The notes under the pieces are model-generated. The model worked only from the letters and a program-made list of their open reading frames with translations, ran no database searches and was not told the origin of the DNA. A DNA stretch of 64,000 nt, taken from the NCBI GenBank assembly GCA_965277715.1, contig OZ255836.1:1120001-1184000 (forward strand). The letters run 5' to 3'. The stretch is from Gammaproteobacteria bacterium (GTDB lineage: Bacteria; Pseudomonadota; Gammaproteobacteria; JBCCGL01). Positions 20,566 through 32,108 of this stretch are shown in pieces (the first letter of the stretch is position 1; each line of letters begins with the position of its first letter). Made by a program: the position numbers and the translations under genes.

Positions 20566-22464
20566 GTGAGCGGTGAATTTAACGCCTTATACCAACGATC
20601 GATCGACGACCCACAAGGTTTTTGGGCCGAGGCAGCACAGCACGTCGACTGGTATAAACACCCCTCACACATTCTCGACGACAGCAACCCACCCTTTTAC
20701 CGCTGGTACCCGGATGGCCAGATTAACGCCTGCCACAATGCGCTCGACCGGCACATTGATCAAGGCAATGGCGAACGGCTAGCGCTGATTTACGATAGCC
20801 CGGTTACCGGTAGCGTTATCCGTTACACCTTTGCCGAACTGAGGGGTGCCACCGCCAGGCTGGCCGGGGCACTCAGTACAATGGGCGTAACCGCCGGTGA
20901 CCGGGTGATTATTTATATGCCGATGGTGCCAGAAGCCGTCACCGCCATGCTTGCCTGCGCTCGTATCGGTGCGATTCACTCGGTGGTTTTTGGCGGTTTT
21001 GCCGCGAATGAGCTGGCCGTTCGCATCGATGACTGCACCCCCAAAGTAATTCTCTCCGCCTCCTGCGGTATCGAGGTAAACCGTGTAGTAGAATACAAAC
21101 CACTGCTTGACGAAGCCATAGAAATTGCAACCCATTCACCCGATAACTGTTTAATTTTACAGCGCCCTCAATGCACTGCCAGTATGGTTGATGGGCGTGA
21201 TCTGGACTGGCAAGGCACTGTCGCTAACGCAGCCCCACACGCCTGTGTGCCCCTCAACGCCAATCACCCTAACTATATTCTTTATACCTCCGGCACCACA
21301 GGCCAACCCAAGGGGATAATGCGCGACACCGGCGGTCATGTGGTCGCACTGGCCTGGACGATGAAAAATATCTACAACGTCGACCCCGGTGAGGTCTACT
21401 GGGCTGCCTCTGATATTGGCTGGGTGGTCGGTCACTCGTATATCGTTTATGCCCCCCTGTTCAGTGGTAACACCACCGTTTTATACGAAGGTAAGCCCGT
21501 TGGCACCCCCGACCCCGGTGCCTTTTGGCGTGTCATTGCCGAACACAAGGTCAAGGTGTTGTTTACTGCGCCTACGGCATTTCGCGCCATAAAAAAGGAA
21601 GATCCTGAAGGTGAATTCCTTAAAAAATATGATATTAGCAGCCTTTCTTCACTCTTTTTAGCCGGTGAACGCACTGACCCGGACACACTTAATTGGGCAG
21701 AGAAGATGCTAAACGTGCCTGTCATTGACCATTGGTGGCAAACCGAGACCGGATGGTCGATCTGCGCCAACTGCGTGGGCATTGAACAACTGCCCATTGT
21801 GCACGGCTCCCCTGCACTGGCTGCCCCCGGCTACGCTGTCAGCGCGCTGGACAAGCAAGGCAACAGCATCGCACCGGGGGATATTGGTGCCTTGTCGGTA
21901 AAATTGCCACTGCCACCGGGCACCTTTCCAACACTGTGGAATGCCGATGACCGCTACGTCGACACCTATTTCACCCACTACCCCGGCTACTACGAAACGG
22001 GAGATGCCGGTTATATCGATGAAAATGGCTATGTGTTTGTTATGTCGCGCACCGACGATGTGATCAATGTGGCCGGGCACCGCCTCTCCACGGGGGCCAT
22101 TGAAGAGGTCCTGGCCTCACACCCGGATGTCGCCGAATGTGCTGTTATGGGCGCAGCGGACACATTAAAAGGGCAATTGCCCATCGGTTTCCTGGTGTTA
22201 AATGCAGGCGTCACGCATGACAACGCATCGGTTATCGATGAATGCATCCAGTTGGTACGCGAAAAAATCGGGCCGGTTGCCGCCTTTAAGAACGCCGTAG
22301 TGATCAAGCGCCTGCCGAAAACCCGCTCGGGAAAAATACTGCGCGGCACGATGCGCAAAATTGCCGATGGCGAACCGTATAAAATGCCTGCAACGATTGA
22401 TGACCCCGCTATTTTAGATGAAGTTCACACTGCATTAAACCTCATAGGTTACGCGAAGAAATAA
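20566..22464 (+). CDS. prpE: Propionyl-CoA synthetase
   Basis: Motifs YTSGTTGQPKG, DHWWQTETG and LPKTRSGKILR. GAGGAGG RBS; sits with the mutase/carboxylase genes. Confidence 0.85.
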   Translation: MSGEFNALYQRSIDDPQGFWAEAAQHVDWYKHPSHILDDSNPPFYRWYPDGQINACHNALDRHIDQGNGERLALIYDSPVTGSVIRYTFAELRGATARLAGALSTMGVTAGDRVIIYMPMVPEAVTAMLACARIGAIHSVVFGGFAANELAVRIDDCTPKVILSASCGIEVNRVVEYKPLLDEAIEIATHSPDNCLILQRPQCTASMVDGRDLDWQGTVANAAPHACVPLNANHPNYILYTSGTTGQPKGIMRDTGGHVVALAWTMKNIYNVDPGEVYWAASDIGWVVGHSYIVYAPLFSGNTTVLYEGKPVGTPDPGAFWRVIAEHKVKVLFTAPTAFRAIKKEDPEGEFLKKYDISSLSSLFLAGERTDPDTLNWAEKMLNVPVIDHWWQTETGWSICANCVGIEQLPIVHGSPALAAPGYAVSALDKQGNSIAPGDIGALSVKLPLPPGTFPTLWNADDRYVDTYFTHYPGYYETGDAGYIDENGYVFVMSRTDDVINVAGHRLSTGAIEEVLASHPDVAECAVMGAADTLKGQLPIGFLVLNAGVTHDNASVIDECIQLVREKIGPVAAFKNAVVIKRLPKTRSGKILRGTMRKIADGEPYKMPATIDDPAILDEVHTALNLIGYAKK

Positions 22465-22470
22465 CTGTAA

Positions 22471-24621
22471 ATGACTGAATTTAAAAAATACACCTATGAT
22501 GAATGGGAGGCGTTAGCGCGCCGCGAGCAACGCGGGAAAACCGTTGAGGCGCTAACCTCGGAAACCCCCGAGGGCATTGCTATCAAGCCGCTGTACACCG
22601 CCGAAGACCTGGAACAACTGGCACAGCAAAACACCCTGCCCGGCCTCGCCCCTTTCCTGCGCGGCCCACGCGCCACTATGTACGCAGGTCGCCCCTGGAC
22701 TTTGCGCCAATACGCCGGTTTTTCTACCGCAGAAGATTCCAACGCATTTTATCAGCGCAACCTGGCCGCCGGGCAAAAAGGCCTGTCAGTCGCTTTTGAT
22801 CTGGCCACGCACCGGGGTTACGACTCAGACCACCCGCGTGTCGTCGGCGATGTCGGCAAGGCTGGCGTGGCTATCGACAGCGTTGAAGACATGAAAATCC
22901 TGTTTGACCGTATCCCGCTCGATGAAATGTCGGTATCGATGACCATGAACGGTGCGGTACTGCCGGTTATGGCGATGTATATCGTCGCCGCAGAAGAACA
23001 GGGGGTGCAACAAGCGGCGCTATCCGGCACCTTGCAAAATGACATTCTCAAAGAGTTTATGGTGCGCAACACCTTTATCTACCCACCTGCGCCTTCAATG
23101 CGCATCGTGGCCGATATTATCGCGCACACCAGCACCCATATGCCGCGTTTTAACCCGATCTCCATATCCGGTTACCATATGCAGGAAGCCGGTGCCAACC
23201 TCGTGCAGGAGCTTGCCTTTACCCTGGCCGATGGCATCGAATATGTGCGCACCGCCATCGACAGCGGCTTGAGCGTCGATACTTTCGCCCCACGCCTGTC
23301 GTTCTTTTTTGCTATCGGCATGAACTTCTTTATGGAAGTGGCCAAATTGCGCGCCGCGAGGCAGCTTTGGGCCACCTTGATGCAGGAGCTGTTTTCGCCA
23401 CAAGACCCAAAATCCTTGATGCTGCGCACACACTGCCAAACCTCGGGCGTGAGCCTCACCGTACAAGACCCGTATAACAATATTGTCCGCACCACGATTG
23501 AAGCGATGGCCGCCGCACTGGGGGGCACACAGTCGCTGCACACCAACGCCTTTGACGAGGCGCTTGGCCTGCCCACCGAATTCTCTGCGCGTATCGCACG
23601 CAACACGCAGCTTATTTTGCAGGAGGAGACCGGCATTACCCAGGTGGTCGACCCACTGGGCGGTTCTTACTATATTGAGCATTTGACGCAGAGCCTGGTC
23701 AGCGAGGCACGCAAACTGATTGATGAGGTTGAAGCCCTCGGCGGCATGACCAAAGCGGTCGAGTCCGGTATGCCCAAGCTGCGCATTGAGGAGGCCGCAG
23801 CGCGCAAACAAGCACGCGTTGACCGGGGTGAAGAGGTTGTCGTTGGCGTCAACAAATATCCCCCGCCACAACAGGATGCAGTGGATGTGCTGGATATCGA
23901 TAATACCGCCGTGCGCGATGGGCAAATCGACCGCCTCAAAACCATTCGCGATTCACGTGATAATGAACGCTGCAAACAGGCGCTCAACGCGCTTGTTGAC
24001 GCGGCAAAAAATACCGGGGGCAACCTGCTTAGCCTGGCGATTGCAGCGGCGCGCGCACGCGCCTCAGTAGGGGAAATTTCCGATGCACTGGAGTCTGTTT
24101 ACGGTCGACACCGCGCAACCGTACGCGCACTCTCCGGGGTTTACGGCGCCGCCTGGGGAAATGACGGGGCATTCAACATGATCCAGCGTGACATCGAGGC
24201 ATTCGCCGAAGAAACCGGCCGCAGGCCGCGCATGTTAGTGGTAAAACTGGGCCAGGATGGCCACGACCGTGGCTCGCATGTTATCGCCACGGCCTTTGCC
24301 GATATTGGCTTTGATATCGACATTGGCCCGCTGTTCCAAACACCCGAAGAAGCCGCCCGCCAGGCTATCGAAAACGATGTGCATATCATTGGCATTTCAT
24401 CGCAGGCTGCCGGCCACAAAACCCTGGTGCCCAAGGTGATCAATTCACTGCGTGCACAGGGTGCAGACGATATTATCGTGGTCTGCGGCGGGGTTATCCC
24501 ACCACAGGACTTTGAGCAACTGAAAGCGGCGGGCGTCGCCGCAATTTTTGGCCCCGGCACCAATATCCCCGAGGCGGCGCGGGAAGTGCTGGCACTAGTG
24601 CGCAAACAACATTCGAGTTAA
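22471..24621 (+). CDS. scpA: Methylmalonyl-CoA mutase (B12-dependent)
   Basis: Motifs RQYAGF, RIARNTQ and the B12-binding GQDGHDRG. Confidence 0.95.
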   Translation: MTEFKKYTYDEWEALARREQRGKTVEALTSETPEGIAIKPLYTAEDLEQLAQQNTLPGLAPFLRGPRATMYAGRPWTLRQYAGFSTAEDSNAFYQRNLAAGQKGLSVAFDLATHRGYDSDHPRVVGDVGKAGVAIDSVEDMKILFDRIPLDEMSVSMTMNGAVLPVMAMYIVAAEEQGVQQAALSGTLQNDILKEFMVRNTFIYPPAPSMRIVADIIAHTSTHMPRFNPISISGYHMQEAGANLVQELAFTLADGIEYVRTAIDSGLSVDTFAPRLSFFFAIGMNFFMEVAKLRAARQLWATLMQELFSPQDPKSLMLRTHCQTSGVSLTVQDPYNNIVRTTIEAMAAALGGTQSLHTNAFDEALGLPTEFSARIARNTQLILQEETGITQVVDPLGGSYYIEHLTQSLVSEARKLIDEVEALGGMTKAVESGMPKLRIEEAAARKQARVDRGEEVVVGVNKYPPPQQDAVDVLDIDNTAVRDGQIDRLKTIRDSRDNERCKQALNALVDAAKNTGGNLLSLAIAAARARASVGEISDALESVYGRHRATVRALSGVYGAAWGNDGAFNMIQRDIEAFAEETGRRPRMLVVKLGQDGHDRGSHVIATAFADIGFDIDIGPLFQTPEEAARQAIENDVHIIGISSQAAGHKTLVPKVINSLRAQGADDIIVVCGGVIPPQDFEQLKAAGVAAIFGPGTNIPEAAREVLALVRKQHSS

Positions 24622-24669
24622 CCGGCTTTATAAATGCCGCATTAAATATCACATACTGGAACTCCCTTA

Positions 24670-26202
24670 ATGCAGGAAATTATCGACCGCTTACAGCAAA
24701 AACGTCAGGCCGCCGAATGCGGTGGCGGCCAGGCGCGCATCGACAAACAACACGCCAAAGGTAAATTAAGCGCACGCGAGCGCCTGACAGTGTTGTTCGA
24801 TGAAGATTCCTTCGACGAGTGGGATATGTTTGTCGAGCACGATTGCGCCGATTTTGGGATGCACGATGAACATATCCCCGGCGATGGCGTAGTCATTGGT
24901 CAGGGCACCATCAATGGCCGTATTATTTTTGCCTTCAGTCAGGACTTTACCGTCTATGGCGGTTCATTGTCTGCGGCACATGCGCGCAAGATCTGCAAGG
25001 TAATGGATGCGGCGATGAAAGTGGGTGCACCGCTTATCGGTATTAACGACTCCGGCGGTGCGCGCATTCAGGAGGGCGTTGCATCGCTCGGCGGTTATGC
25101 CGATGTTTTTCAGCGCAATGTACTCGCCTCGGGGGTTATTCCGCAAATCTCGCTGGTGATGGGACCCTGCGCCGGTGGCGCCGTCTACTCGCCCGCCATG
25201 ACCGATTTCATCTTCATGGTCAAAGACAGCGCATACATGTTCGTCACCGGGCCGGAAGTGGTTAAAACCGTCACCCACGAAGACGTCACCCAGGAACAAC
25301 TCGGCGGCGCCACCACCCACACGGAAACCTCTGGGGTCGCCGACCTGGCGTTTGAAAACGATATTGAAGCCCTATTAATGGTGCGCAGATTTATCGGTTA
25401 CGTGCCCAGTAGCAACCGTGACAAAGTGCCGTCACTCAACACGGATGATATGACCCATCGCCGTGAACCTTCACTGGATACACTGGTGCCAGACAACCCC
25501 AACCTGCCCTACGATATGCGCGAACTGATTCATAAAGTGGCCGATGAAGGTGATTTTTTTGAGCTACAGGCCAACTACGCAGGCAACATCATCACCGGAT
25601 TTGGGCGCATACAAGGTGAAACCGTTGGCTTCGTTGCCAACCAGCCGCTGGTATTGGCAGGCTGCCTGGACATTGAATCGAGCCGTAAAGCGGCGCGCTT
25701 TGTGCGCTACTGTGATGCTTTTTCCATCCCGATTATTACCTTTGTCGATGTGCCTGGTTTCTTACCGGGCACCGCCCAGGAGTTTGGCGGCATTATCAAG
25801 CACGGCGCCAAACTGCTATACGCCTATGCCGAGGCCACCGTGCCCAAAATCACCGTTATCACCCGCAAAGCCTACGGCGGCGCTTACGATGTAATGGCCT
25901 CCAAGCATCTACGCGGTGACTTAAACTATGCCTGGCCATCGGCTGAAATTGCGGTAATGGGGCCAAAAGGGGCTGTTGAAATTATTTTTCGCCAGGACAA
26001 AGATGACCCCGAAAAACTGGCCCAACGCACACAGGAATACCGTGAGAAATTTGCCAACCCCTTTATCGCTGCGGCAAAAGGGTTTATCGACGATATTATT
26101 ATGCCGTGCGACACGCGCCGATACCTGTGCCGTGGCCTGCGCATGTTAGCCACCAAACGCCTCGAAAACCCGTGGAGAAAGCACGGCAATATTCCCTTAT
26201 AA
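24670..26202 (+). CDS. pccB: Propionyl-CoA carboxylase beta (carboxyltransferase) subunit
   Basis: Motifs [20 protein letters not shown] and KHGNIPL. Confidence 0.9.
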   Translation: MQEIIDRLQQKRQAAECGGGQARIDKQHAKGKLSARERLTVLFDEDSFDEWDMFVEHDCADFGMHDEHIPGDGVVIGQGTINGRIIFAFSQDFTVYGGSLSAAHARKICKVMDAAMKVGAPLIGINDSGGARIQEGVASLGGYADVFQRNVLASGVIPQISLVMGPCAGGAVYSPAMTDFIFMVKDSAYMFVTGPEVVKTVTHEDVTQEQLGGATTHTETSGVADLAFENDIEALLMVRRFIGYVPSSNRDKVPSLNTDDMTHRREPSLDTLVPDNPNLPYDMRELIHKVADEGDFFELQANYAGNIITGFGRIQGETVGFVANQPLVLAGCLDIESSRKAARFVRYCDAFSIPIITFVDVPGFLPGTAQEFGGIIKHGAKLLYAYAEATVPKITVITRKAYGGAYDVMASKHLRGDLNYAWPSAEIAVMGPKGAVEIIFRQDKDDPEKLAQRTQEYREKFANPFIAAAKGFIDDIIMPCDTRRYLCRGLRMLATKRLENPWRKHGNIPL

Positions 26203-26244
26203 GCCATTGAAATACAAAACTTAAATTGCGTTGTTTTGACTAAT

Positions 26245-28254
26245 ATGTTTAAAAAAATACTGATCGCTAACCGAGGTGAAATCGCTTGCCGGATCATCAA
26301 AACGGCACGAAAAATGGGCATAGCCACCGTCGCTGTGTACGCGGATGCGGACGCCCAATCACTGCATGTACAAATGGCCGATGAAGCCGTCCATATCGGT
26401 GGCTCGGCGTCCAGCGACAGCTATTTGCGCATCGATAGGATACTGGCCGCCACTGCACAAACCCACGCCGAAGCCGTCCACCCCGGCTTCGGTTTTCTGT
26501 CTGAAAACGCCGAATTCGCCAAAGCCCTGGAACAGGCGGGGGTGGCATTTATCGGCCCTGGTATTCACGCAATTGCCACGATGGGTGACAAAATTGAATC
26601 CAAAACACTCGCCGATAAAGTCGGCGTCAATACCATTCCAGGGCACACTCAGGCGATAAAAGACGCCAGCGAAGCCCTCGGTATTGCCGGGCGTGTCGGT
26701 TGTCCGGTGATGATCAAAGCCTCCGCTGGCGGTGGCGGCAAAGGCATGCGTATCGCCTGGTCGCTGGATCAGGTAGAGGAAGGTTTTAACAGCGCCCGCA
26801 ATGAGGCGCGCAATAGCTTTGGTGATGATCGTGTGTTTATCGAAAAGTACATTGAGTCACCCCGGCATATCGAAATACAAGTGCTTGCCGATACGCACGG
26901 CGAATGCGTTTACCTTGGCGAGCGCGAATGCTCTATTCAGCGCCGCCACCAAAAGGTCATCGAAGAGGCACCTTCACCCTTTATCGACCCGGCGACGCGC
27001 CAGTCGATGGGCGCACAGGCTGTAACACTCGCCCGGGCGGTCGATTACGCCTCGGCGGGCACTGTCGAGTTTATCGTCGACAAGCACCGGCAGTTCTACT
27101 TTCTGGAAATGAATACACGTTTACAGGTCGAGCACCCTGTCACCGAATACATCACCGGTATCGACCTGGTTGAGCAGATGATCCGGGTCGCCGCCGGGCT
27201 ACCGTTAGGTATCAGCCAGAGCGATGTAACGCTAAACGGCTGGGCCATCGAGGCACGCGTCTACGCCGAAGACCCGGTGCGCAACTTTATGCCATCGACC
27301 GGGCGTTTAACCCACTACCAACCGCCCACAGAGAGCGATTGTGTGCGTGTTGATACAGGCGTCTACGAAGGGGGTGAGATCAGCATGCACTACGACCCGA
27401 TGATTGCCAAACTGGTGGTCAAAGGCGAAACCCGCGAGCAGGCGATCACGACCATCAGCGATGCCCTGGACGCTTATGTGATTCGTGGCGTGGCGCACAA
27501 CATCCCGTTTCTTGCCTCAGTGATGCGACAGGATGATTTTATTCAGGGCAAACTCTCTACCAACTTTATCGAAAAGCACTACCCACAGGGGTTCGACAAT
27601 CAACAACCGCCAGGCGATGCACTGTATGGATTACTGGCCATAGCGGCAACACTGCAACAACAAATCGATACGCGTGAAAACCCTGGCGCACAACAATGCA
27701 CGGTAAACTACCAGGCCACCGTCGATGGCCTGCCGCCAGTGGATGAGCAAAATAACGGGCAGAATAACGCGACATTTTCCCTCACCTCGTCGATAACAGA
27801 GGCAGCCGAAGGGTTTGTTGTACAAGTCGATAAACAACACTTTGCCATTAAGCGGGACTGGCACCCTGGCCAGCACAGGGTAAACGCCGCCATCAACGGC
27901 GGAACAAGCATTGTGCAAGTGCAACAGGACAAGCTCTTTTGGCAACTGACTTCACGTGGCTTTACCGCCCGCATCGCCGTATTGCGCCCGCACATCGCCA
28001 GCTTGTATCAACTGATGCCGGAAAAAATACCCACCGATACCAGCCAGTTTTTACTCTCACCCATGCCGGGGTTATTAGTGCGACTACTGGTTGAGGTTGG
28101 CGATCATGTCGAGGCAGGCCAGGACTTAGCATTAGTCGAAGCAATGAAAATGGAAAATACACTCTGCGCAGAGCGTGCGGGGGTAATTGCCTCAATCAAC
28201 GCGGCACAAGGTGATAGCCTGTCAGTCGATCAGGTTATTCTCGAATTTGAATAA
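26245..28254 (+). CDS. pccA: Propionyl-CoA carboxylase alpha (biotin carboxylase + BCCP) subunit
   Basis: Motifs ANRGEIA, GGGGKGMR, EMNTRLQVEH and the biotin site EAMKM. Confidence 0.9.
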   Translation: MFKKILIANRGEIACRIIKTARKMGIATVAVYADADAQSLHVQMADEAVHIGGSASSDSYLRIDRILAATAQTHAEAVHPGFGFLSENAEFAKALEQAGVAFIGPGIHAIATMGDKIESKTLADKVGVNTIPGHTQAIKDASEALGIAGRVGCPVMIKASAGGGGKGMRIAWSLDQVEEGFNSARNEARNSFGDDRVFIEKYIESPRHIEIQVLADTHGECVYLGERECSIQRRHQKVIEEAPSPFIDPATRQSMGAQAVTLARAVDYASAGTVEFIVDKHRQFYFLEMNTRLQVEHPVTEYITGIDLVEQMIRVAAGLPLGISQSDVTLNGWAIEARVYAEDPVRNFMPSTGRLTHYQPPTESDCVRVDTGVYEGGEISMHYDPMIAKLVVKGETREQAITTISDALDAYVIRGVAHNIPFLASVMRQDDFIQGKLSTNFIEKHYPQGFDNQQPPGDALYGLLAIAATLQQQIDTRENPGAQQCTVNYQATVDGLPPVDEQNNGQNNATFSLTSSITEAAEGFVVQVDKQHFAIKRDWHPGQHRVNAAINGGTSIVQVQQDKLFWQLTSRGFTARIAVLRPHIASLYQLMPEKIPTDTSQFLLSPMPGLLVRLLVEVGDHVEAGQDLALVEAMKMENTLCAERAGVIASINAAQGDSLSVDQVILEFE

Positions 28255-28285
28255 CATCACAGCCCAACGGCCCAACGGCGTATCG

Positions 28286-29275
28286 GTGTTCACGCTCGAA
28301 TGCATGGCGGCAAAAATACGCGCTGGAGACCGTCGCCAACTGGCCAAGGCCATTACCCTGGCCGAGTCTTCGAGGGAGCGGGACAACAGGCTAAGCAATG
28401 CATTGCTGGACGAACTGCTACCCCATACCGGCGGCGCCATCCGCCTTGGCGTATCGGGTTTACCGGGGGTGGGAAAATCGACCTTTATCGAGACCCTGGG
28501 GTGTTATTTATGCGATCAGCAATGGCGCGTTGCCGTGCTCAGTATCGACCCCAGCTCATCCCTAAACGGTGGCTCCATTCTCGGTGACAAAACCCGTATG
28601 CCGGGCTTATCGGCACACACCAACGCCTATATCCGCCCTACTCCCTCCGGTGATGCACTCGGTGGGGTTGCCGGTGCAACCAGAGAATCCATACTATTGT
28701 GCGAGGCAGCCGGTTTTAATGTCATCCTGGTGGAAACCGTGGGTGTAGGCCAGTCAGAAATTGCCGTGGCCGATATGACTGACATTTTTCTGTTGTTACT
28801 GTTACCCAGCACAGGGGATGAATTACAGGGTATTAAACGCGGCATCGTCGAGCGCGCCGACATAATACTCATCAACAAAGCCGATGGCGCCCTGCTCAAC
28901 GCCGCCCAGCAAACGGTCGCCGACTATCGCTCCGCCCTGCAACTGCTGCGTAAAAATACATTGACAGGCGCTGACATCCCCGGCGTTGACAACCCAGTGA
29001 TGCCAATGTCAGCACTAGACCGCGCAGGCATACAGGGAATTTGGGGAAACCTGTTATCGCATTGGCAGGCACTGAATAAAAACCCTGCACTGGAAGACAA
29101 ACGCCAACAACAGCGCCTGAACTGGATGCGGGAAAAATTACACAGCGCTGTCTACCGTTTAGCACTGAAAAACCTCGCCACAAGGCAATCGCTCGAACAG
29201 TTTGAAGCGCTTGTCTCCCAGGCCTCTCTATCGCCTGGCAGTGCTATTGAACAAATTATGGACGCTTTGGGATAA
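28286..29275 (+). CDS. meaB: Methylmalonyl-CoA mutase-associated GTPase MeaB
   Basis: Motifs GLPGVGKST, GSILGDKTRM, ETVGVGQSE and NKAD. Exact start is uncertain (28247-28304). Confidence 0.9.
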   Translation: MFTLECMAAKIRAGDRRQLAKAITLAESSRERDNRLSNALLDELLPHTGGAIRLGVSGLPGVGKSTFIETLGCYLCDQQWRVAVLSIDPSSSLNGGSILGDKTRMPGLSAHTNAYIRPTPSGDALGGVAGATRESILLCEAAGFNVILVETVGVGQSEIAVADMTDIFLLLLLPSTGDELQGIKRGIVERADIILINKADGALLNAAQQTVADYRSALQLLRKNTLTGADIPGVDNPVMPMSALDRAGIQGIWGNLLSHWQALNKNPALEDKRQQQRLNWMREKLHSAVYRLALKNLATRQSLEQFEALVSQASLSPGSAIEQIMDALG

Positions 29276-29504
29276 CAGATATATATTGACCACCTGGATG
29301 CTGGTGACAGAGGCTATATATCTACTCGGTTTTTCTCTGTGTGCACAATGCGCATTACTTGAGATGATTGAGAGAGGCATTCTCAAAGTACTGTAGTCAT
29401 TCTACAAGTGAAGTTGAAGTTCTGGTAAAAGCGCTTTAGATTCAGTGCATTAGGCAGTCGCAGTAGATTCAACTGAGGAATTTAGGTTCAAGAGATCAAA
29501 TAAC

Positions 29505-29909
29505 ATGATTGGCAAATTAAACCACGTCGCGATTGCCAGCAACGACCTCGCCCAAGCGGTACACACCTATGAGCACACCCTGGGGGCCAACGTTTCAGCG
29601 CCTGTCGATATGCCTGAGCACGGCGTTACCACTGTTTTTGTCACCCTCGACAACACCAAAATAGAGCTATTGACTCCACTGGGGGAAAACTCCCCCATCG
29701 AAAAATTTCTCCAGCGAAACCCTGCAGGTGGCATTCATCATCTATGCTACGAAGTAGACGATATAATCGTCGCTCGCGACAAACTGATCGCCAGCGGTGC
29801 CAGAGTGCTGGGAAGTGGTGAGCCTAAAATCGGCGCCCACGGCAAACCCGTGATCTTTCTTCACCCCAAGGATTTTTGTGGCACACTGGTAGAGCTTGAA
29901 CAAGTGTAA
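29505..29909 (+). CDS. mce: Methylmalonyl-CoA epimerase
   Basis: Motifs LNHVAIA, GGIHH and GAHGKPVIFLHPKD...LVELEQ. Confidence 0.95.
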   Translation: MIGKLNHVAIASNDLAQAVHTYEHTLGANVSAPVDMPEHGVTTVFVTLDNTKIELLTPLGENSPIEKFLQRNPAGGIHHLCYEVDDIIVARDKLIASGARVLGSGEPKIGAHGKPVIFLHPKDFCGTLVELEQV

Positions 29910-29948
29910 AATGCGTTACTTACTTCAACCTCAATTTTTACAAATGCG

Positions 29949-30407
29949 ATGAAAGCGATAATACGACTCTCTGAAATAGCCCTTGTAATAACAGTGCTGT
30001 CGATCAGCACAAACAGCGTTGCTGATATTTACCGCTGGGTGGATAAAGAAACAGGGGAGATATTTTTTTCTGAAACCCCTCCGCCCCCTGAAGTAACACG
30101 CGACTACACAAACATTACCTCTGAACTGGAAAAACGCATTCTAAAACGACAACAGGCTACGACAGCCCGTGCTACCAGTAGCAGTCAAACACAACCGAAA
30201 AACACCAATCAGATAACACTGGAATCCAGCGGTATCATCAGTGACCAGGCGCTATTGTCTCAACGCCGCTGCAAATCATTTAATGAACAAATTACACGCC
30301 TTGAAAAGCAAATATCGCAAACCGAAGACCCCAATATAATGGACCGGCTGGTTATCAAACTGGACGAATACGAACAATCGCTTGCAGCAAATTGTTCGGC
30401 TAAATAA
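29949..30407 (+). CDS. Secreted DUF4124-like protein
   Basis: Signal peptide followed by IYRWVD..G...FSETPPP. Confidence 0.7.
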   Translation: MKAIIRLSEIALVITVLSISTNSVADIYRWVDKETGEIFFSETPPPPEVTRDYTNITSELEKRILKRQQATTARATSSSQTQPKNTNQITLESSGIISDQALLSQRRCKSFNEQITRLEKQISQTEDPNIMDRLVIKLDEYEQSLAANCSAK

Positions 30408-30480
30408 CGTATTGCATGATGGGCAAAACACGCGTGCACTCAATCCCGTAAACACGACAGTAAAACCAGCAACCACCTCC

Positions 30481-31407
30481 TTATCGCCTACGTGCAGCAA
30501 GTGCTTCACGGTGCGAGATATACGTCACCGCAGCAACGATAATACCCCCGCCGGCAATAACCCACGGATCGAGCGCCTCGCCAAAGACAAAAATGCCCAA
30601 CAGCGATGCCCACACCAACTGTAAGAAAGAAACAGGCTGCGTAACGGTAATGGGTGCGCAGGCAAAAGCACGGGTCAATGTATAGTGTCCCGCCGTTGCA
30701 AATACAGCCGTTAACAACAACCAAAATAACTCACGTAAAGTCGGCTCACGCCACTGCAACAACGCACCGGGCAATAACACTAACGTACAAAAGATCGACA
30801 ACATCACCACTATTTCTGTAGAGCTACGTGTGCCTGTCAGTTTTTTTGCCACTAAAAAAGAGACGGCAAAAAAAGGCGCGGCCAAAAGCTGCGCCAAAGA
30901 ACCTAACTCAATATCCTGAAAGCCTGGCCGCAAGATCAGCATCGCACCGATAAAACCACTCACTACCGCCATAATCCTGCGTATATGCAATACCTCACCC
31001 AAGAACAGCATCGCACCAATAGTCGTAAAAATCGGTGTGGTGTAACCAATAGCAGTCACTTCAGCGATAGGAATACGCGCCATTGCATAAAACCACAACA
31101 TCACCGCAGCACCGTGGGTAAGCCCTCTAATCACATAGTGCTTAAAATTTCCTTTGTCAGGTGCCCGAAAATCCGGGTTCAACACAAGGCGGATTGCCAA
31201 TGGTAATATCAGCAAGGTACCGAATGCATAGCGGATAAAAGCGGCCTCCACGGCGGGAAGATCAGAACCAAGATGCCTGACAACACCTGTGACAGCAACA
31301 AATAACACACCTGTCAATAACATCCAGGCGATACCGGCCAGTGTTCTATCTATGCCCGGTTTGGGTTGTGTATCAGGTAACTCGATGGGTAGTCTCGACA
31401 AAAGCAT
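30481..31407 (-). CDS. DMT/EamA-family transporter (intact copy; island insertion site)
   Basis: Multi-pass EamA-like protein. Its 5' part is duplicated at the window end. Confidence 0.85.
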   Translation of the reverse strand: MLLSRLPIELPDTQPKPGIDRTLAGIAWMLLTGVLFVAVTGVVRHLGSDLPAVEAAFIRYAFGTLLILPLAIRLVLNPDFRAPDKGNFKHYVIRGLTHGAAVMLWFYAMARIPIAEVTAIGYTTPIFTTIGAMLFLGEVLHIRRIMAVVSGFIGAMLILRPGFQDIELGSLAQLLAAPFFAVSFLVAKKLTGTRSSTEIVVMLSIFCTLVLLPGALLQWREPTLRELFWLLLTAVFATAGHYTLTRAFACAPITVTQPVSFLQLVWASLLGIFVFGEALDPWVIAGGGIIVAAVTYISHREALAARRR

Positions 31408-31426
31408 TGAATAAACGGAGAAATAT
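31043..31426 (+). repeat. Left copy of the >=384-bp direct repeat bounding the defence island
   Basis: Matches 63617-64000 with one substitution seen (31162 T vs 63736 C). Confidence 0.9.
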
Positions 31427-31877
31427 CATGTGCCTGTACAGTATGGTGTACTTTACCGCTGATAAGCAATCAGGAAACCATGTACCCCCACAAATTACCC
31501 TGTCAAAACAGCCTTTAATATCGAATGTTTCTCGCCTGGAAAAAAATTCCGATATGCTGCTTCAAAACTGCTCTGCCAATGCCTGGAACAGTTCGGCGAA
31601 AGACGAACAGGTTGAGCCCAAAACCCAGCCTAAAGATGCCATTATTTCCTTAACAATAGTGAGATAAAACGAGGGCCAACAAAAGGAAATCCTTCTCTAA
31701 AATTCGTTGATGATATTTCATCAATATCAAAATATTGGCGGTGGAAGGTTAACACAAACCAAATTGCTCTGACTATCCGCAACTCTCTGCTACCACACAC
31801 CCGTCAACCGCACTATTCACTTGATAGCTGCGCAACAGGAAGCGTTCATGGCGAAAACAACGCAACGGAGCAAAGCC

Positions 31878-32096
31878 ATGAACCATCCCAAATTCACCTG
31901 CAATCACATCAATCAGAAGCAACTCGCTGACCGATGGGACCTTTCCCAACGGACTCTGGAACGTTGGCGGGCCGTTGGCTGGGGGCCTCTCTTCCTTAAA
32001 ATCGGTGGCCGTGTGGTTTACCGGGTGGAAGATATCCTGGCCTACGAGGAGCAGCACCTGGCCGAGTCAACACAATCGCGGGTCTGCAATAGGTAA
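31878..32096 (+). CDS. AlpA/excisionase-like helix-turn-helix protein
   Basis: NQKQLADRW.LS.RTLERWR..G.GP.FLKIGGRVVYR, with a GGAG RBS. Confidence 0.8.
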   Translation: MNHPKFTCNHINQKQLADRWDLSQRTLERWRAVGWGPLFLKIGGRVVYRVEDILAYEEQHLAESTQSRVCNR

Positions 32097-32108
32097 ATAT
32101 GCTCCTGT

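Noticed and set aside
20441-22470. Cobalamin riboswitch ahead of the B12-dependent mutase operon
   Set aside because: The prpE leader is short, the prpE-scpA gap is 6 bp, and no B12-box motif is visible.
23095-23925. 276-aa antisense ORF inside scpA (likewise 34189-35040 and 46411-47202)
   Set aside because: These are shadow frames opposite well-supported genes, with no recognisable motifs.
29276-29504. Structured RNA or MITE between meaB and mce
   Set aside because: Only short AT-rich inverted repeats (AGATATATA/TATATATCT) are present and there is no second copy, which is too little to support a call.
31878-32096. Prophage or ICE inferred from the AlpA/Xis-like gene
   Set aside because: No integrase, structural, replication or conjugation genes are in the window.
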